Below are positions 38,651-50,862 of a stretch of DNA of 64,000 bases, piece after piece; positions within the stretch are counted from its first letter, which is position 1, and every line of letters starts with the position of its first letter. Source of the stretch: Vicugna vicugna (lineage: Eukaryota). Location: the NCBI GenBank assembly GCA_013265495.1, contig MU058009.1:498001-562000 (forward strand), given 5' to 3'. The notes under the pieces are model-generated. The model did not search any database and was not told the DNA's origin. It saw only the letters and a program-made list of their open reading frames with translations. The translations under genes were made by a program, and so were the position numbers.

Positions 38651-41518
38651 ATGGTGCCAGGCTCTTCAGGAATTAACTCAGAAATCCCACCTGCGGCTTA
38701 GCTACCCCAAACTCCAATACCACTCATTATTTCCTAAGAGGTGTTAAATATGAATTGTTCATTAAAACACATATTATTGGATGTTTAACTACCGTGTAAT
38801 TGATTTTCTATCCATTGCCTAGTGGTTAACCCTCAATAAATGCTTTTTGTAATCAACTTAAAGTATAATACCTACCACGCTTGGTATCTTTCCTCCTTTC
38901 ATTTAATAAGAAACCAGTTCTGTATGATTGAAAGTGTTCTTGATTGTTAAAAAAAAATGGTCAAGTTTCAAGAACAGCATAAGAAAGACTCCCTGGAATG
39001 AAGCTGTCCCCTGTGTAGGAGGAGTTCAGTGCGGCTGGGAGCTCGGGGAGACCTGGATCTGGCTCTAATCACCGAGCTGCTAGCTAAGGTCCAGCAGGAC
39101 AGTCACAGGCTACGTGCACAGCTGGGAAGTCAGCAGAGTCGTGCTAGGACCTCCAAGGAGGAGCCCTGGTTCACAGTCCAGTGTCCAGACAGACGGCGGC
39201 GCAGCTCTTCCCTAGGGGCGACAGGTCCAAGAAACAAGGAGGGGCTTTTGGCTTCTCAAAGAACATCAAAAACAATTAAACATTAAAAAGACTCATGGGA
39301 TTCCATTTTCCTTCTTCAGAGCTTCGCCCAATGCTGTTTTTCTCTTTCTTCAAAGCCCTCCTAAAATGTCCCGTCTCCCGAGGGTGCCTGTCTTGATAGG
39401 ATGGGAGTAACAGGTAACTGACCCCACTCATGGGGTAAGCAAACTGGGGGGATGCTTTGTTCAGCCCCAGGGAGGCAGAGAGCTGGGGGCAGGCAGAGCA
39501 ATTCAGAAGCCAGCGCCAGGGATGTGAGGGAGGAGACTTCACTAGCTGGTCCGCACAAACTCTAACGTGTTCAAAGAATCCCCAACCCTTCCGGCCTCCA
39601 AAACCCGCTCACATGCCCACATACCAGAAACACTGCAGAGCTGAGTGAGTGATGAATGAAACAACACATGCAAAGCTCTCAGGAAAGGCGCAGACTGAGT
39701 GCTGAAAATGTTAGCTATTACTGGTTTCCTGTAATAATATTTATCATTCTACAACATGATTTTTAATTCACTTAATTTCTTTACTATTAGACATTGAGAG
39801 GAATATTAGACATTGATTGATTCATTTATTTCCTTAGGTAAATTCTTAGATATGAATTTGCTGGGTCGCAAACATGATTTTCAGTGAACTTTAGACATAT
39901 AACCCGGTCTCTCTGGAAGTGCTGTGTGTGAGCAGTGTGTGAGCTTCCTGGGCGCTGTGGATTAGACACCTCTGTGGGGTGGTGGGTCTTCCGCCAGCAG
40001 AAGCGAGCGGGAAGCAGCAGCGGGACCCTTCACTGGCACTTCTGTAAAGGGAGCTCGGTGACCAGCAGGGTCGGACTCGCAGGCCCCTTCTAGCTCTCAC
40101 GCTTCCTGATTCTGTTCTCCTGCGACGCTGCAATGGTGATGCACACGCGTCTTCATGTGGAGGGACGGAAGGGTGTTTTCATGTCTGTGGATCGAGTCTA
40201 TAAAGGACTCAAGCCCGAACAGGCTGCTTCGCCTCCTCCCCGGATTCTCTCGCCCTCGGAGATCAAAGGCTGAGCATTTCCTCATCCAGCCTGCGACAAA
40301 AGGCAGAGGTTGCCTGAGCAGCGCGCTGCTGTTGGACAAACAGGGCTCCTCTCCTCACAAGGCATCCTCTTCTGCACAGTGAGTGGGAAGCCCGCAGCAC
40401 TGAGGACACATTCCTAAAATAAAATCCAGTGGCCACCCAATGACTCAGTGTAGGAGCCTTCTTTCTCCAAGAGAGGAGGGCTGCTAAGAATGGCAGGAAC
40501 CACCCACAGATGGTCTGGGTACCGGTTGCATCAACAGATGCACGCAGAACACAGCCCTTTTCTCTGAAGCATCCAGCCAAGCTCACATCGAGTTCTCCAC
40601 TGTGTACATTAAAACCAAAATAAATAATCTGAGAAAGCCTGCACATGTCTATGTGTTTGGGGTCCAAGATAAACCAGGCAATAGGCCCAAGAGCAATGTA
40701 AGATATCTGGCTATTTTTTTTCTTCTTGCTTTTGGTTGGTTATTTATGGAAACCTAAGCATTAGATCACTTCCCAACTTTAAATACATGAGGACACCCAG
40801 CGCTCTAACACCAAGGCTAATCCCTTGGCTGGCGGTTAAGGTCCTTCAGAACCTGACCCTGTGCGCTTAACTAATTCCATGTCTCATAAACGCTCCAGCT
40901 TAACCAGGCTGCTCTCCTCACTGTGGCCACCTTTCTCCCAATGCTCATTCTTATTTCTACCTTCAGGTCTCTACTCACGCTTGCTGTATTAAAAAGAAGC
41001 TTACATTCTCCTCCTCCATGTAGGAAGACACATCCTTCTCTGAGGTCCAGCTGGGAATGAAAGCCTTTGCCAGCTGGTGCTGACCTGGGCTGAGCTCTCT
41101 CTTCTCCCATCTCCCGCTGCACAGCTGAGGGCTGGGGCGGGGAGCCACCCATCTGTGCATTCACCACAGGACAGTCAGGAGGCTAGGACTGGTTACACTT
41201 ACACAGTAACTAAGCTCCTTGGTACAAAAATGATGACGCAGATCTGGGCTGAAAGGCCTCTTAGGGAACAAAGATTGAATTTCTCAAATAAAGGGGACTT
41301 TCCAAGACCAGATCAGTTCAGAGAGAGGATTCCTGTGCCACGAGGGCAGGGAAGTTACACAGAGATAGGAAGAAAGTTCTAAGCTAGGTGTCCTATTCAG
41401 AAAAACCGGTTTTTAGATAGCAGAGAAAAATGCTCCCAAGTTTAATACAATGTGTCATCATTCAAATCAGCTTTGGCTGATACACATGGGGGTCAAGTGA
41501 CCAGGGCTGGCATGATTG

Positions 41519-41967
41519 TGTGCTAGTTTCCTATTGGTGCTGTAGCAAATGACTGCAAATTCAACAGCTGAAAATAACACCATTTTACTGTCTTACAGTC
41601 CTGGAGGTCAGAAGTCGAAGATGGGTTGGTAGGGCTGGGTTCCTTCTGGAAGCCCCGGGGGGAGAATCCTTCCTTGACTTTTCCAGCTTCTAGAGGCTGC
41701 CTGCATCCCTTGGCTCCTGGTCCTGCATCGCTCCAACCTCTGCTTCTGTTATCACATTTCCTTCTCTGGCTCTGTCCCTCCTGCCTCTCCATAGAATGGC
41801 TCTTGTGATGACATTAGACCCACCCACACAACCCAAGGTAATCTCCCCATGGTAAAATCCTTCACCAAATCACATCCGCAGAGTCACTGTGGACATGTAA
41901 ACTAGCACACGCAGCGGCTCCGGGTTAGGAGGTGGACATCTTTGGGGGCCGCTGTCGGGCCACCGTA
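41519..41967 (-). mobile_element. MaLR MLT1 (B/C/D-like) solo LTR
   Basis: 'tagtttcctattggtgctgtagcaaat...tcttacagtcctggaggtcagaagtc...ttccagcttctagaggctgcc...ggtaatctcccc...ggtggacatctttgggggcc'. Confidence 0.9.
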
Positions 41968-43335
41968 AGAGGCGAGGAAAGCACGTGCTCTGACAAGGGC
42001 CCTGGGAGAGAGGAGCCGCGTGTGCCTTTTGCTTCGAGACAAAATAGAAGCAACGGAAAAAGCCTAATAATCCCAGAGCCCTGAGGTTAAAAAGAGAGGC
42101 GAGTGCATCGGTAGAAACGCTTTGAGCATTTGATAATGGACTCTCAGATTTCTGAATTTTTCTCTAATTAGAGCATGAGCAGAAACCATGTCGTACCGTT
42201 TCCAGTTTATTGCCCACAGCATCTGGCTCACTGCAGAGCACACAGTGAACGCCCAGTAATGCCTTACTGACCAGCGTGAGTGTTGGCATAAGGAGGAAGT
42301 TGTGGGGTGTCTGCTGCTGGTGGAGGGGTGTTTTCTACTTAGGAATGACTCAGGGAGTAGTAGACAGTCCTGAACAAGAAGGTTTTGTTGTCACAGGACT
42401 GTGATTAGAGGCCAAGGTCTCCATGAGAAACACGTGCCCACCTCCTCATCGTGGAAGGGCTGACTGCATTTGAGGTGTGAAGACAGCTGTGCCCACCTCT
42501 ACGCTGGCATATGAGACACTGCAGACAATGTAACCAGAAGGAAACCAAGCCTCTGAGTGATGGCAGGAGCCGCAGACAGGCTGGTCCATCAATCCTGCAG
42601 AGGCAGAACTGGCTGAACGCCTCCTGGACATCCTTTCCACTCTCCTGAAGTCTGCAGCAGAGCACTCCCCTGGGGGAAAGAAGCCATTCACCAAAGGGGA
42701 AGACAAAGAAGAACTGAAACTACGCTTTTACAAAAGGCCAATCATGGGCTGGAGGCTCACAAGCGCTCGAACAAATATGTATGCATCTTTCCTGCATAGC
42801 TGTCCTGCAGAAAGTTCTAAAAAGATAGGAGATAGAGGAACAATGAGGACTCAAGAACAGAGTTCTGTTTATTTGTTTATGATTTGAACACGTTGATAGT
42901 TCAGAGAGAAGAGCTGCAGAAAAGATCGGAGATGCAGATGTGAGTTAAACACACACACACACATTGGAGACAGAGGCAGCCCCACTAAGCCACTAAGACA
43001 GAAAGGCTGATTGCTGACAGAAAATAATCAAATTGGTCACCAGTTTTTCACAGAAGAGTAATTCTTACACTTTTAAACCTCAGGCTGGCAGGAAAGAGTT
43101 TTCATGATTTCTGCCTCTCAGAGGTCTCTCAAACAGCTTTTCTGATATACTGTTTTTATATAAATTCCGCAGTGACTTTTCCCTGGTGTTATTACTTGTT
43201 TGGGTTTTTCTCTGCCTGCCACAGGCGTATTTATGTAATCCTGATTTAGATCTTTTCTTTCCCCCTTTCTTTCTTTGCTGAAGCTGGGTTTCACAGTGCA
43301 GTCTGCTGAATGGCATACAGACAAGATGCCCGGAC

Positions 43336-43388
43336 GTGTGCCTGTGTGTGCGTGTGCCTGTGTGTGCACGTGTGTGCGTGTGTGTGTG
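43336..43388. repeat. Imperfect (TG/CG)n tract
   Basis: Directly visible. Confidence 0.85.
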
Positions 43389-43838
43389 CTGAGTCTAAAT
43401 TCTCACCAGGGGCTGTGAACATCTCTTGTAGCTTATGTAACTCCTCTCAGTTTCCCAACGAGGGTGATGGAGACATTGACGTCAACACCATGGGTACTGG
43501 AGGATGAAGTCAGCCATCGCCTGCACCCAAGTGAGGTTTAGGGAGGAATTCGGGAAGTTCACATCAGGTCTCTCCAAAAAAGTCTGCCTCAGATTTGACA
43601 TTTTATTTTATGGCCACATTAGAGTTGAATTTAGACATATTTTGTACTATTACAGCTGATTGACTAGTTATCACTTCAATGGAGAATGTACTGATTTGCT
43701 TAATATTCGTTGCTCATAACATAAAAATCTGCAAATTACAAATTGTCTGGGGGCTCAGAATGGCTTCCTTCTGTCCTGCCTTTCCTGTGCTTGTCTGTCT
43801 CCCACCCCGACCCCCACGTCCCCCTCCAGCCCTCTAGG

Positions 43839-44645
43839 CAGTAGTCTCCCCTGTTCCTGGGGGATGCGTTCCAAGACCCAAGACCCCCAACGGATGCCTG
43901 CAACTGCGGGAAGCAGGAAACCCTATAGACACCATGGGTTTTCCTGCACACACGTACCTACGATAAAGTTTAATTTATAAACTAGGAGGAATAAGAGATC
44001 ACCAACAATGACGACTAATAAAATAGAACAAGGGTAACACTACACTGCAATAAACGTTACGTGAATGTGGCTTCTCTCTCTCTCAAGATGTCTCACTGTA
44101 CATATCCAATGCCTTTTCTATCTTAACTAAGCACTCATCATGCACGGTGGCCCTCACCTGTGCAGTTCAAGGTGTGACAGTAAAACTAGCCCCGTTTCCT
44201 TTCCTTCTTCACAATTTCACGGATAGAAGATTCATCGGAGATCTTAGTAATCTCAGCACGCGAGGCTTTTTCTTTCCTTATAATGTTGAGAACTTTAAAC
44301 TTTTCACTTAGGTACTTTGTGGCTTTTCTTTGCCGGTGTCACTACTCTGGCACTCTGGGGACATTATTAGGTAAAATATGGTTACTTGAACACAGTCCGT
44401 CTGACAACCGAGACAGCTACCAAGTGGCTGACAGGCAGGATGCGCCGGACCAGAGGGATGGTTCCTGTCCCAGGCAGGACAGGGCACAGCAGCATCAGAT
44501 TTCATCACACTACTCAGAACGGCACGAGATTTAAAACGCATGCCTTGTTTATTTCTGGAATTCTCCAGTTAGTAATTTCCAGACTGCCAATGACCATGGG
44601 TAGCTGACACTGAAGAAAGGGAAACCGGATAATGGGGGCCTGCGG
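43839..44645 (-). mobile_element. MER44/Tigger7-like TcMar non-autonomous DNA transposon
   Basis: Degenerate terminal inverted repeats 'cagtagtctcccctgttcc' and 'ggataatgggggcctgcgg'. Internal 'gataaagtttaatttataaa', 'ctaataaaatagaacaa' and 'ttgtttatttctggaatt'. Confidence 0.82.
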
Positions 44646-47600
44646 CACAGGCTCCACAGAGCAGACGGCCCACAAGGCGCACAGCCTTGCCTGCCACCGA
44701 GGAGGGGCGAGGGTCTTTGCTCAAACCTCAAGCCCGCTTGATTTATGAAACTATGTGTCAACCTAGGAAGGGCCTTTACAGGCCATCCGGGTGGCCCTCA
44801 TGGGCGGTTCATTTTAATAGTCATTCAGAGCCCGTCCCAGTGGCTTCCCCCTGTGGACAGCCTGGCTCACCTTAAATGGCTCTCTCAGAAAGTCCCTTCC
44901 CAGAAAAGGCAGAAACGTGCCCCCTGGTGTGCTCACCGACACAGAGTCCACAATGCTTACATGATGGACGCCAAAAAGAAGACTGTCATCCACACGACTC
45001 AGCGTGAGTGACGTCAACATACTGCAGGTGTCTTAACTCAGCCGACGCGGAGAGGTGGCTGGGGGCAGGGGAGCTGACCACTTGCGATGCTGGCCATGCT
45101 CTGATCACATGAGCACCCGGTGAACCACGTCTGTTCGTCTGTCCAAGGGGCGTGGCTGCAGGCACATGGCGCTTCACTGTGGTCCCCCCGCTGCACTTGC
45201 TTTGAAGCATGAATTAGGGGACGGGGCCAGCGGGATAATGAGGTCACAGAGGAGATGAGTGGAAAGCATGTTGCTTTAACCCCTAAAGAAAGCATTGCTC
45301 GAGCAAAAGCAATTGCTTTGAAAGCAACTGACACAAAGCAGGCTTAATCCTTGTTCTGGAGATACTTACAGCTGCCCGCAGTTTTTAATTAATACGCTGG
45401 GCTCCCTAACAAAGGGGAGGAGGTCGGAGAGTATGAACAGATTTCCTTACCCAAGCCGAGGAAAGCTCTTTGGAGGAAACGTCTGAGCTGCTTGGGGGTG
45501 CCTGGGCCTGCCTGTGCCCTCCCTCCCCAGCACGTCAAGGCCCTAGGGTGGTCCTATGTGGCCCCCGGAGGGAAGGGAGGTGGTCCTGCAGTCTGCGTAA
45601 GCCCGGGAAACCTCCCTGCCCACACCCCACTGCGGTCTGTCCCAACCCATCCCTCCTCACCTAACACCTTCCTTCACGCATTCCACAAATATTTACTGAG
45701 CAGCTACTGCACACAGAGCAGCCACAGTGCCGAAACGAGGAACTACGTTTGTAACGGAAGCTTGAGCCAGGTGCTGAGGCGTCCAAGCGGTACTGAAACA
45801 AGCATGACCTCATCTTCAGAAAGCTTACGCCTCGTGACAGAGACACGGTCAGGCCTCGCAGCCACTGTCCCTTGGGATTGAGTCTGTTCTGGATGGTCTG
45901 TGCCATTGACACACCAGTTCCTACATAGTTTGAACATTACCCTGAGAAAAAGAATGATCACACAAGTAAACGCGCCATGTAAAAAGTTCTACCACTCTGG
46001 GTCCACATTGGCCCGAGGGACATGGGCCAAGCCGCCATGCTGGGCTCTGTCTGCCCTCTGTTGACGGTCCCCACTGAATGCTCACCGGCTCCCAAGCCCG
46101 GCATCCCACTGCCACCTGCTTCCCAGACTCTAGTCCCCCTCTCTGCTTCCGTGGCTCAACTGCCTTGCTCAGTCGTCCGTTTGCTCGTCGGTTCATTCAT
46201 TCATTCACTCATTCATTCACTCGCTTGGCCAAGGAGCAGTTGCTGGAGGCTGGGCACTGAACTGTGCACCAGGGACACGATGCCTCCCGGACGCTTCAGG
46301 GGACAGGGCGCAGCTCCCCTCCTCACCACCCCGTGGCAGGATCCTTCTCTTTTGGTTAGTGAATCCCATGTCAGAGTCATTCCGTCTGACAAAGTCTCTC
46401 CTCGTCTGAAGCTCCCTGTCTCCTCATATCTTCATCAGCCCATTTCCACATGTCTAAGCATTTTAATGGCATATGGTTCCAGGAGGGAATCTCCAAATGA
46501 GAGAAAATTAGCAACTGTGCTTATTGGGCTAAAGAAAACGACTGGAGGGGAAGTTTTCTTTAAAAAATACCCACAAGAAGCAGCAGCGCAAGGAGATGTG
46601 ACTGCAATAAAAATGATGATTTTTTTTTGTTAGGGGTGGTAATGGGGGTGGATGATCAACACGCTTTCTTTCCCCTGGAATGCGTCACAGTCATTAATTT
46701 GTTTAATTTATTTTTTGCCTCTTCCCTAGTGAAGCAGTCCAATTCACTGTCGGCCCACCCATCAGAACAAATTACACTTTGGAAATATCCGAGTGCTTCA
46801 ATTTTCCATTAAATATAATAAGAAATCACAATGCACTGTTTTGGCCTGATGACTCCTCGCCAAGGATCTACAAATACTTTTTTTTTTTTTAACAACCGCT
46901 GCCAGGCAATTCTAGTTGTCATCCTCAGTGACACAGAGGGAGGAAAACGGGCCCAGGAACACCAGACCCTGGAGGGATCTGTGCTCCTGTGGGTCCCTCT
47001 TGGTGGTGTGCCTAACCTGCTCCATGTGTATATGATCTGATTCTGCAGTGCAATTACAAGTCTTCATAGCAGGGGCCACCTCCTCTGTGTTTCTTTGGTG
47101 TCTCCCCACTGTGCCTCAGTTCACCCACTGTGGCCGAGATAATGGCTGCTGCTGGCTGATGAATGCACAGAGCTAGGTCCCAGGAGGACGGAGCTGGCCA
47201 CTGGCTCACAGAAGCTGGCCTTCCGCCCTCCAGCCCCTGAGACCTATCTCAAGGCTCCGACGCTCATCTCTCTCCTTCTTCCTTATCAAAAGCCACTGCT
47301 CAGATCGTGGAAACTGCTTACCCCTGCAGATCAATCTATCCCAAGGAACGATGCTAATTAATGATTGCGTTTCATTTTCAGGATGTTATCTTACTGGCGC
47401 AGATTGGAAATTGAAATGTCCAGGGGTTACACGTATGGTATAGACGGCTCTTTCAAGTCAGAGATTAATTGTCAAGTATTAATCTTTAATTTTTTTTACT
47501 GCAAAATCTTGTCAAATCTTGTTGCCAGGGGGAAGGTGAGAGCTCAAACCTACCTTACCTGATGTTCAGTGTTCCTGAGAATAGAGCCGCCGGCGGTGCC

Positions 47601-48830
47601 AGGGCTGCAGTTTCTGGGTCTAAAAGAGAGCACAGGCTGCAAAGAAATGCTGGACCTGGCAGTTGGGTGAGTTCTAGAATGGGAGAGGTTTCTAAGAAGC
47701 AGGAGGCAGGGTGGCCCTGTTGCAGGTTGCAGGCTGTCTGCTGAATTGCGGTCGACCTCCGCCAGGACAGGAGCAGGATGTGGGGCCAAGCCTTGACCTC
47801 CTCCTGCACAGGCAGCTGGGGGTGGCCTGGAGGACCAGGTTGGGACCAACAGGTCTAGATGTCAGAAGACCTGGGCTTACTGCCAGCTTTTACTAGTCAC
47901 TAGTAAATTAGTCTCAAGGAACTTTTGTTTGGTCCTCTGTAAAATGGGCAGCATGCCATCAGTCTCGAGGGCTGCCCTCTCACTCAGCCATAACATCGTT
48001 CAGTTGTTTGCTGCTCTGCAGTCTACAAAGCACAATGGAGAACAGGGTTCCTCTATTGTCTCGTAAGCCTCACAGCTTCTTATAATCTCAAGTGGCTTGA
48101 AGTTTTAGGTTTATGGACAATTTCATGTATGTGTGGAGCACACTGCCTGGCATTTAACAAATGTTAATTCACCCCTGCCAATAGTTGCAGTTTAGAATTT
48201 TTAAGAAAAAAAAATTAACAGGATATCTGGGAGTGTGAATATGAAAGAATAATTGTGTGACCATGACCAGTCATCACTCACAGTGACAGAATGTTGGAAC
48301 ATGGGATGTCCCCAGAGGACCCTGGATCTTAAGTGAAAGCTACATGGGCTGGTGCCCCATGGAAATATCTTCCTTCTGACATTGTACAAACATCTGTAAA
48401 AAGCTCCTGCATTTGAGTCCAACTCCCATCCTCTGGGTCAGGGGACCTCTCCCCGACTGCTGCATTAAGTGACGGTGTATGACAGGGACCCACATCCAAG
48501 ACCTTGAGACTGGCTGGTGCTTTCATCAGCCCCATCCCTACTCTTCCATTTTATCCATGGATATGCCTACCTCTTTCACTAAATCTGATGGCATGGGATC
48601 ATCTTCATCTGTGAATTCTCCTAAAATACCTAGCATGGGGCTTTACACACACAGCTCTTCTGCTCAATCATATTGAAGTGTGCAAACAAATACAAAATAC
48701 TCATGCAAAACCTCCCTGACAAAGAGTGTTAAAGGTGGTTGGGGGGATTATTCCTACCAATGAGAGCACTTCTCTTATCTCTTTTACCTTCTCTTTCTCT
48801 GGTGCCCCTTCCGTCTCCTCTGTATGCCCC

Positions 48831-49358
48831 TGTGATGGTTAATTCTATGTGTCAACTTCATTGGTTCACATGGCGCCCAGATATTTGGTGAAACAGTACT
48901 CTGGGTATGCCTGGGAGGGTGCTGCTGGAAAAGATTAGTATTTAAATCAGTAGACTGAGAAAAGCAGATTGCCCTCCTGCATGTCGGTGGGCCTCACCCA
49001 ATCAGTCGAGGGCCTGACAAGAGCCAAAAGGGCTAACCTTCCCATGAGGAAGAGGGAATTCCTCCTGCCTCACTTCTTTAATGGATGATCAATTTTTTTT
49101 CCTGCTTTAGGACTCTAACTAAAGTATTGGCTCTTCCTGGGTCAACCTGCCTGCTTTTGGACTGGGACTTACATCAGTGGTTCTCCTAGTCTTCTAGCTT
49201 ACGGACAGCAGATGGCGGGGCTTCCCAGCCTCCACACCACATAAGCCCATTTCTTTTAATGAATCTCTTTTTCTTTCGCTGTACAGCCTATTGGTTCTGT
49301 TTTTCATTTGTTTGTTTGTTTGTTTGTTTGCTTCCCCTGGAAAATCCTGACCACTACA
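48831..49358 (+). mobile_element. MLT2 (ERVL) solo LTR
   Basis: Starts 'tgtgatggttaattctatgtgtcaactt', contains 'gtagactgagaaaagcagattgccctcc...gggcctcacccaatcagtcgagggcctga', and ends 'cctattggttctgttt...ctggaaaatcctgaccactaca'. Confidence 0.93.
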
Positions 49359-49399
49359 CCCTGGATTTTGTTTTTTACTGGAACTTTGTTTGAGCCTGT

Positions 49400-49985
49400 T
49401 TTGTCTTCATCCCACAAGCTATACTTGGATAACTTCAGCCACTCCCCTTGTTCCAACCACCACCCTTATGTTGAAAAATCCCAAATCTTTCTCTTTGTTC
49501 CAGATCCCCCCACCTTCACACTTCAAGCTCTAGTATCTTACATGCAGCTGTCAACTTGACCTCCCTGCCTGGATCCCCAAGTTCCCTCACATTCAGTGAG
49601 TCCAAAGGAGATGATGGCACTTTCTACATGAACCTTCCTCCCCTCCACTGGTCCCTATTCCAGAGGATGCTCTACCTTTCACTCTGTTAGCCAACCTTGG
49701 GGCCATGTGTCTGATGCTCTCTAAATCCAACCAGTGCTCAAGGACAGGAGACTTGATCCCACCCCATGCACATTAGCACTGTTTAAGGTCATTTATCATC
49801 ATCACTTCTAATGTATATTGCACATGTTTATAGAGACTTGTCTTTCTATGCTACATTTTGTCCTTGTGGGCAGGAATCCTGATTGATGCATTTTTTTTTT
49901 AAATTCCACAGTTCTCAGCAAAATACTTGGCAAATATCAGAAACTTCATAAATGGCTGTTGTCTGAATGAATGAGTGAATGAATG
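49400..49985 (+). mobile_element. L2 fragments
   Basis: 'tcccaaatctttctct...cttgacctccctgcctggatcccc...ctcacattcagtgagtccaaa' and terminal 'ataaatggctgttgtctgaatgaatgagtgaatgaatga'. Confidence 0.6.
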
Positions 49986-50809
49986 ACTTCCCCTGGCAGT
50001 CTGCTGGGAGTAGGAAACAAGGCAGAGCACCTGATAAGACCTTGGCATGACTCGGGACACATAAAGGAGAAAAAGAAGGTAATTTGTTTGCCAGAAATTA
50101 ATACAAGGCAAATTCCCCACAAATGAATGTGAAGTGAGGAAAACAAAAACAAGCAGTTAGCTTAATAGCAGGGCAGCTGATGTCCCAGCTACTCTCCATG
50201 GTACGGGGCAAACTCTGCTATGGGAGATTTTGTTTGTCTGTTTTTGTTTTTGTTTGCCATTTTCAGAAACGGAGCCTAGGACACTGAGACAAATCCAATC
50301 TTTCTAAAGAGCCACTGGGGCATATTTAGAGTTTTCCCAACACACACACTGCCTGGGATCTTCAGGCTTTGAGTCAAAGGACCAGCACCAAGCAAAACTC
50401 CTGGAGCTCAATTAATCAAACTCATCCAGATTGATCTGATTTGAATTGTGGTTCCAGGCAGCTGCTAACGGTTTGGAGACCAGACTGCTGAGCTGGCTCC
50501 TGGATGGAGACGAGGCAGCCCGGGATACCCAGAAAAACGCAGATGGGAAGCAGACAGTTAAGCTAAAATTTCAGACAACACAGACCCTCCCTGTGAATAA
50601 GTCCAAAGTTCCCTTCCTTTTCACCTTCTCATGAATGCCTTTTCCTCAACTATTTGGAAAAATCTAGGTAAATACAAAATAGGCTTTATACCCTGAATTA
50701 CTGATACGACTGACAAATAAGGGAGAGGAGAGGAAGAGCTGCAGGAGAGATCTGGCCTTCCGACACTCAGGTCTCTGAAATGAAAGAACTGCTAGTTTTC
50801 CTCCTTCAC

Positions 50810-50812
<3 letters not shown>

Positions 50813-50860
<48 letters not shown>
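50813..50860. repeat. (AC)24 microsatellite
   Basis: Directly visible perfect run. Confidence 0.98.

Positions 50861-50862
<2 letters not shown>

Noticed and set aside
39029..39286. Helical-looking ORF 'DLALITELLAKVQQDSHRLRAQL'
   Set aside because: No ATG start, no family I recognise and no convincing splice sites. A BLASTP search would settle it.
47382..47536. Plus-strand exon ('ttttcag|GATG...AAG|gtgaga') with one open frame
   Set aside because: Short pyrimidine tract, AT-rich non-coding-like content with a T-run, and no recognisable peptide. It is weaker than the two exon candidates reported.
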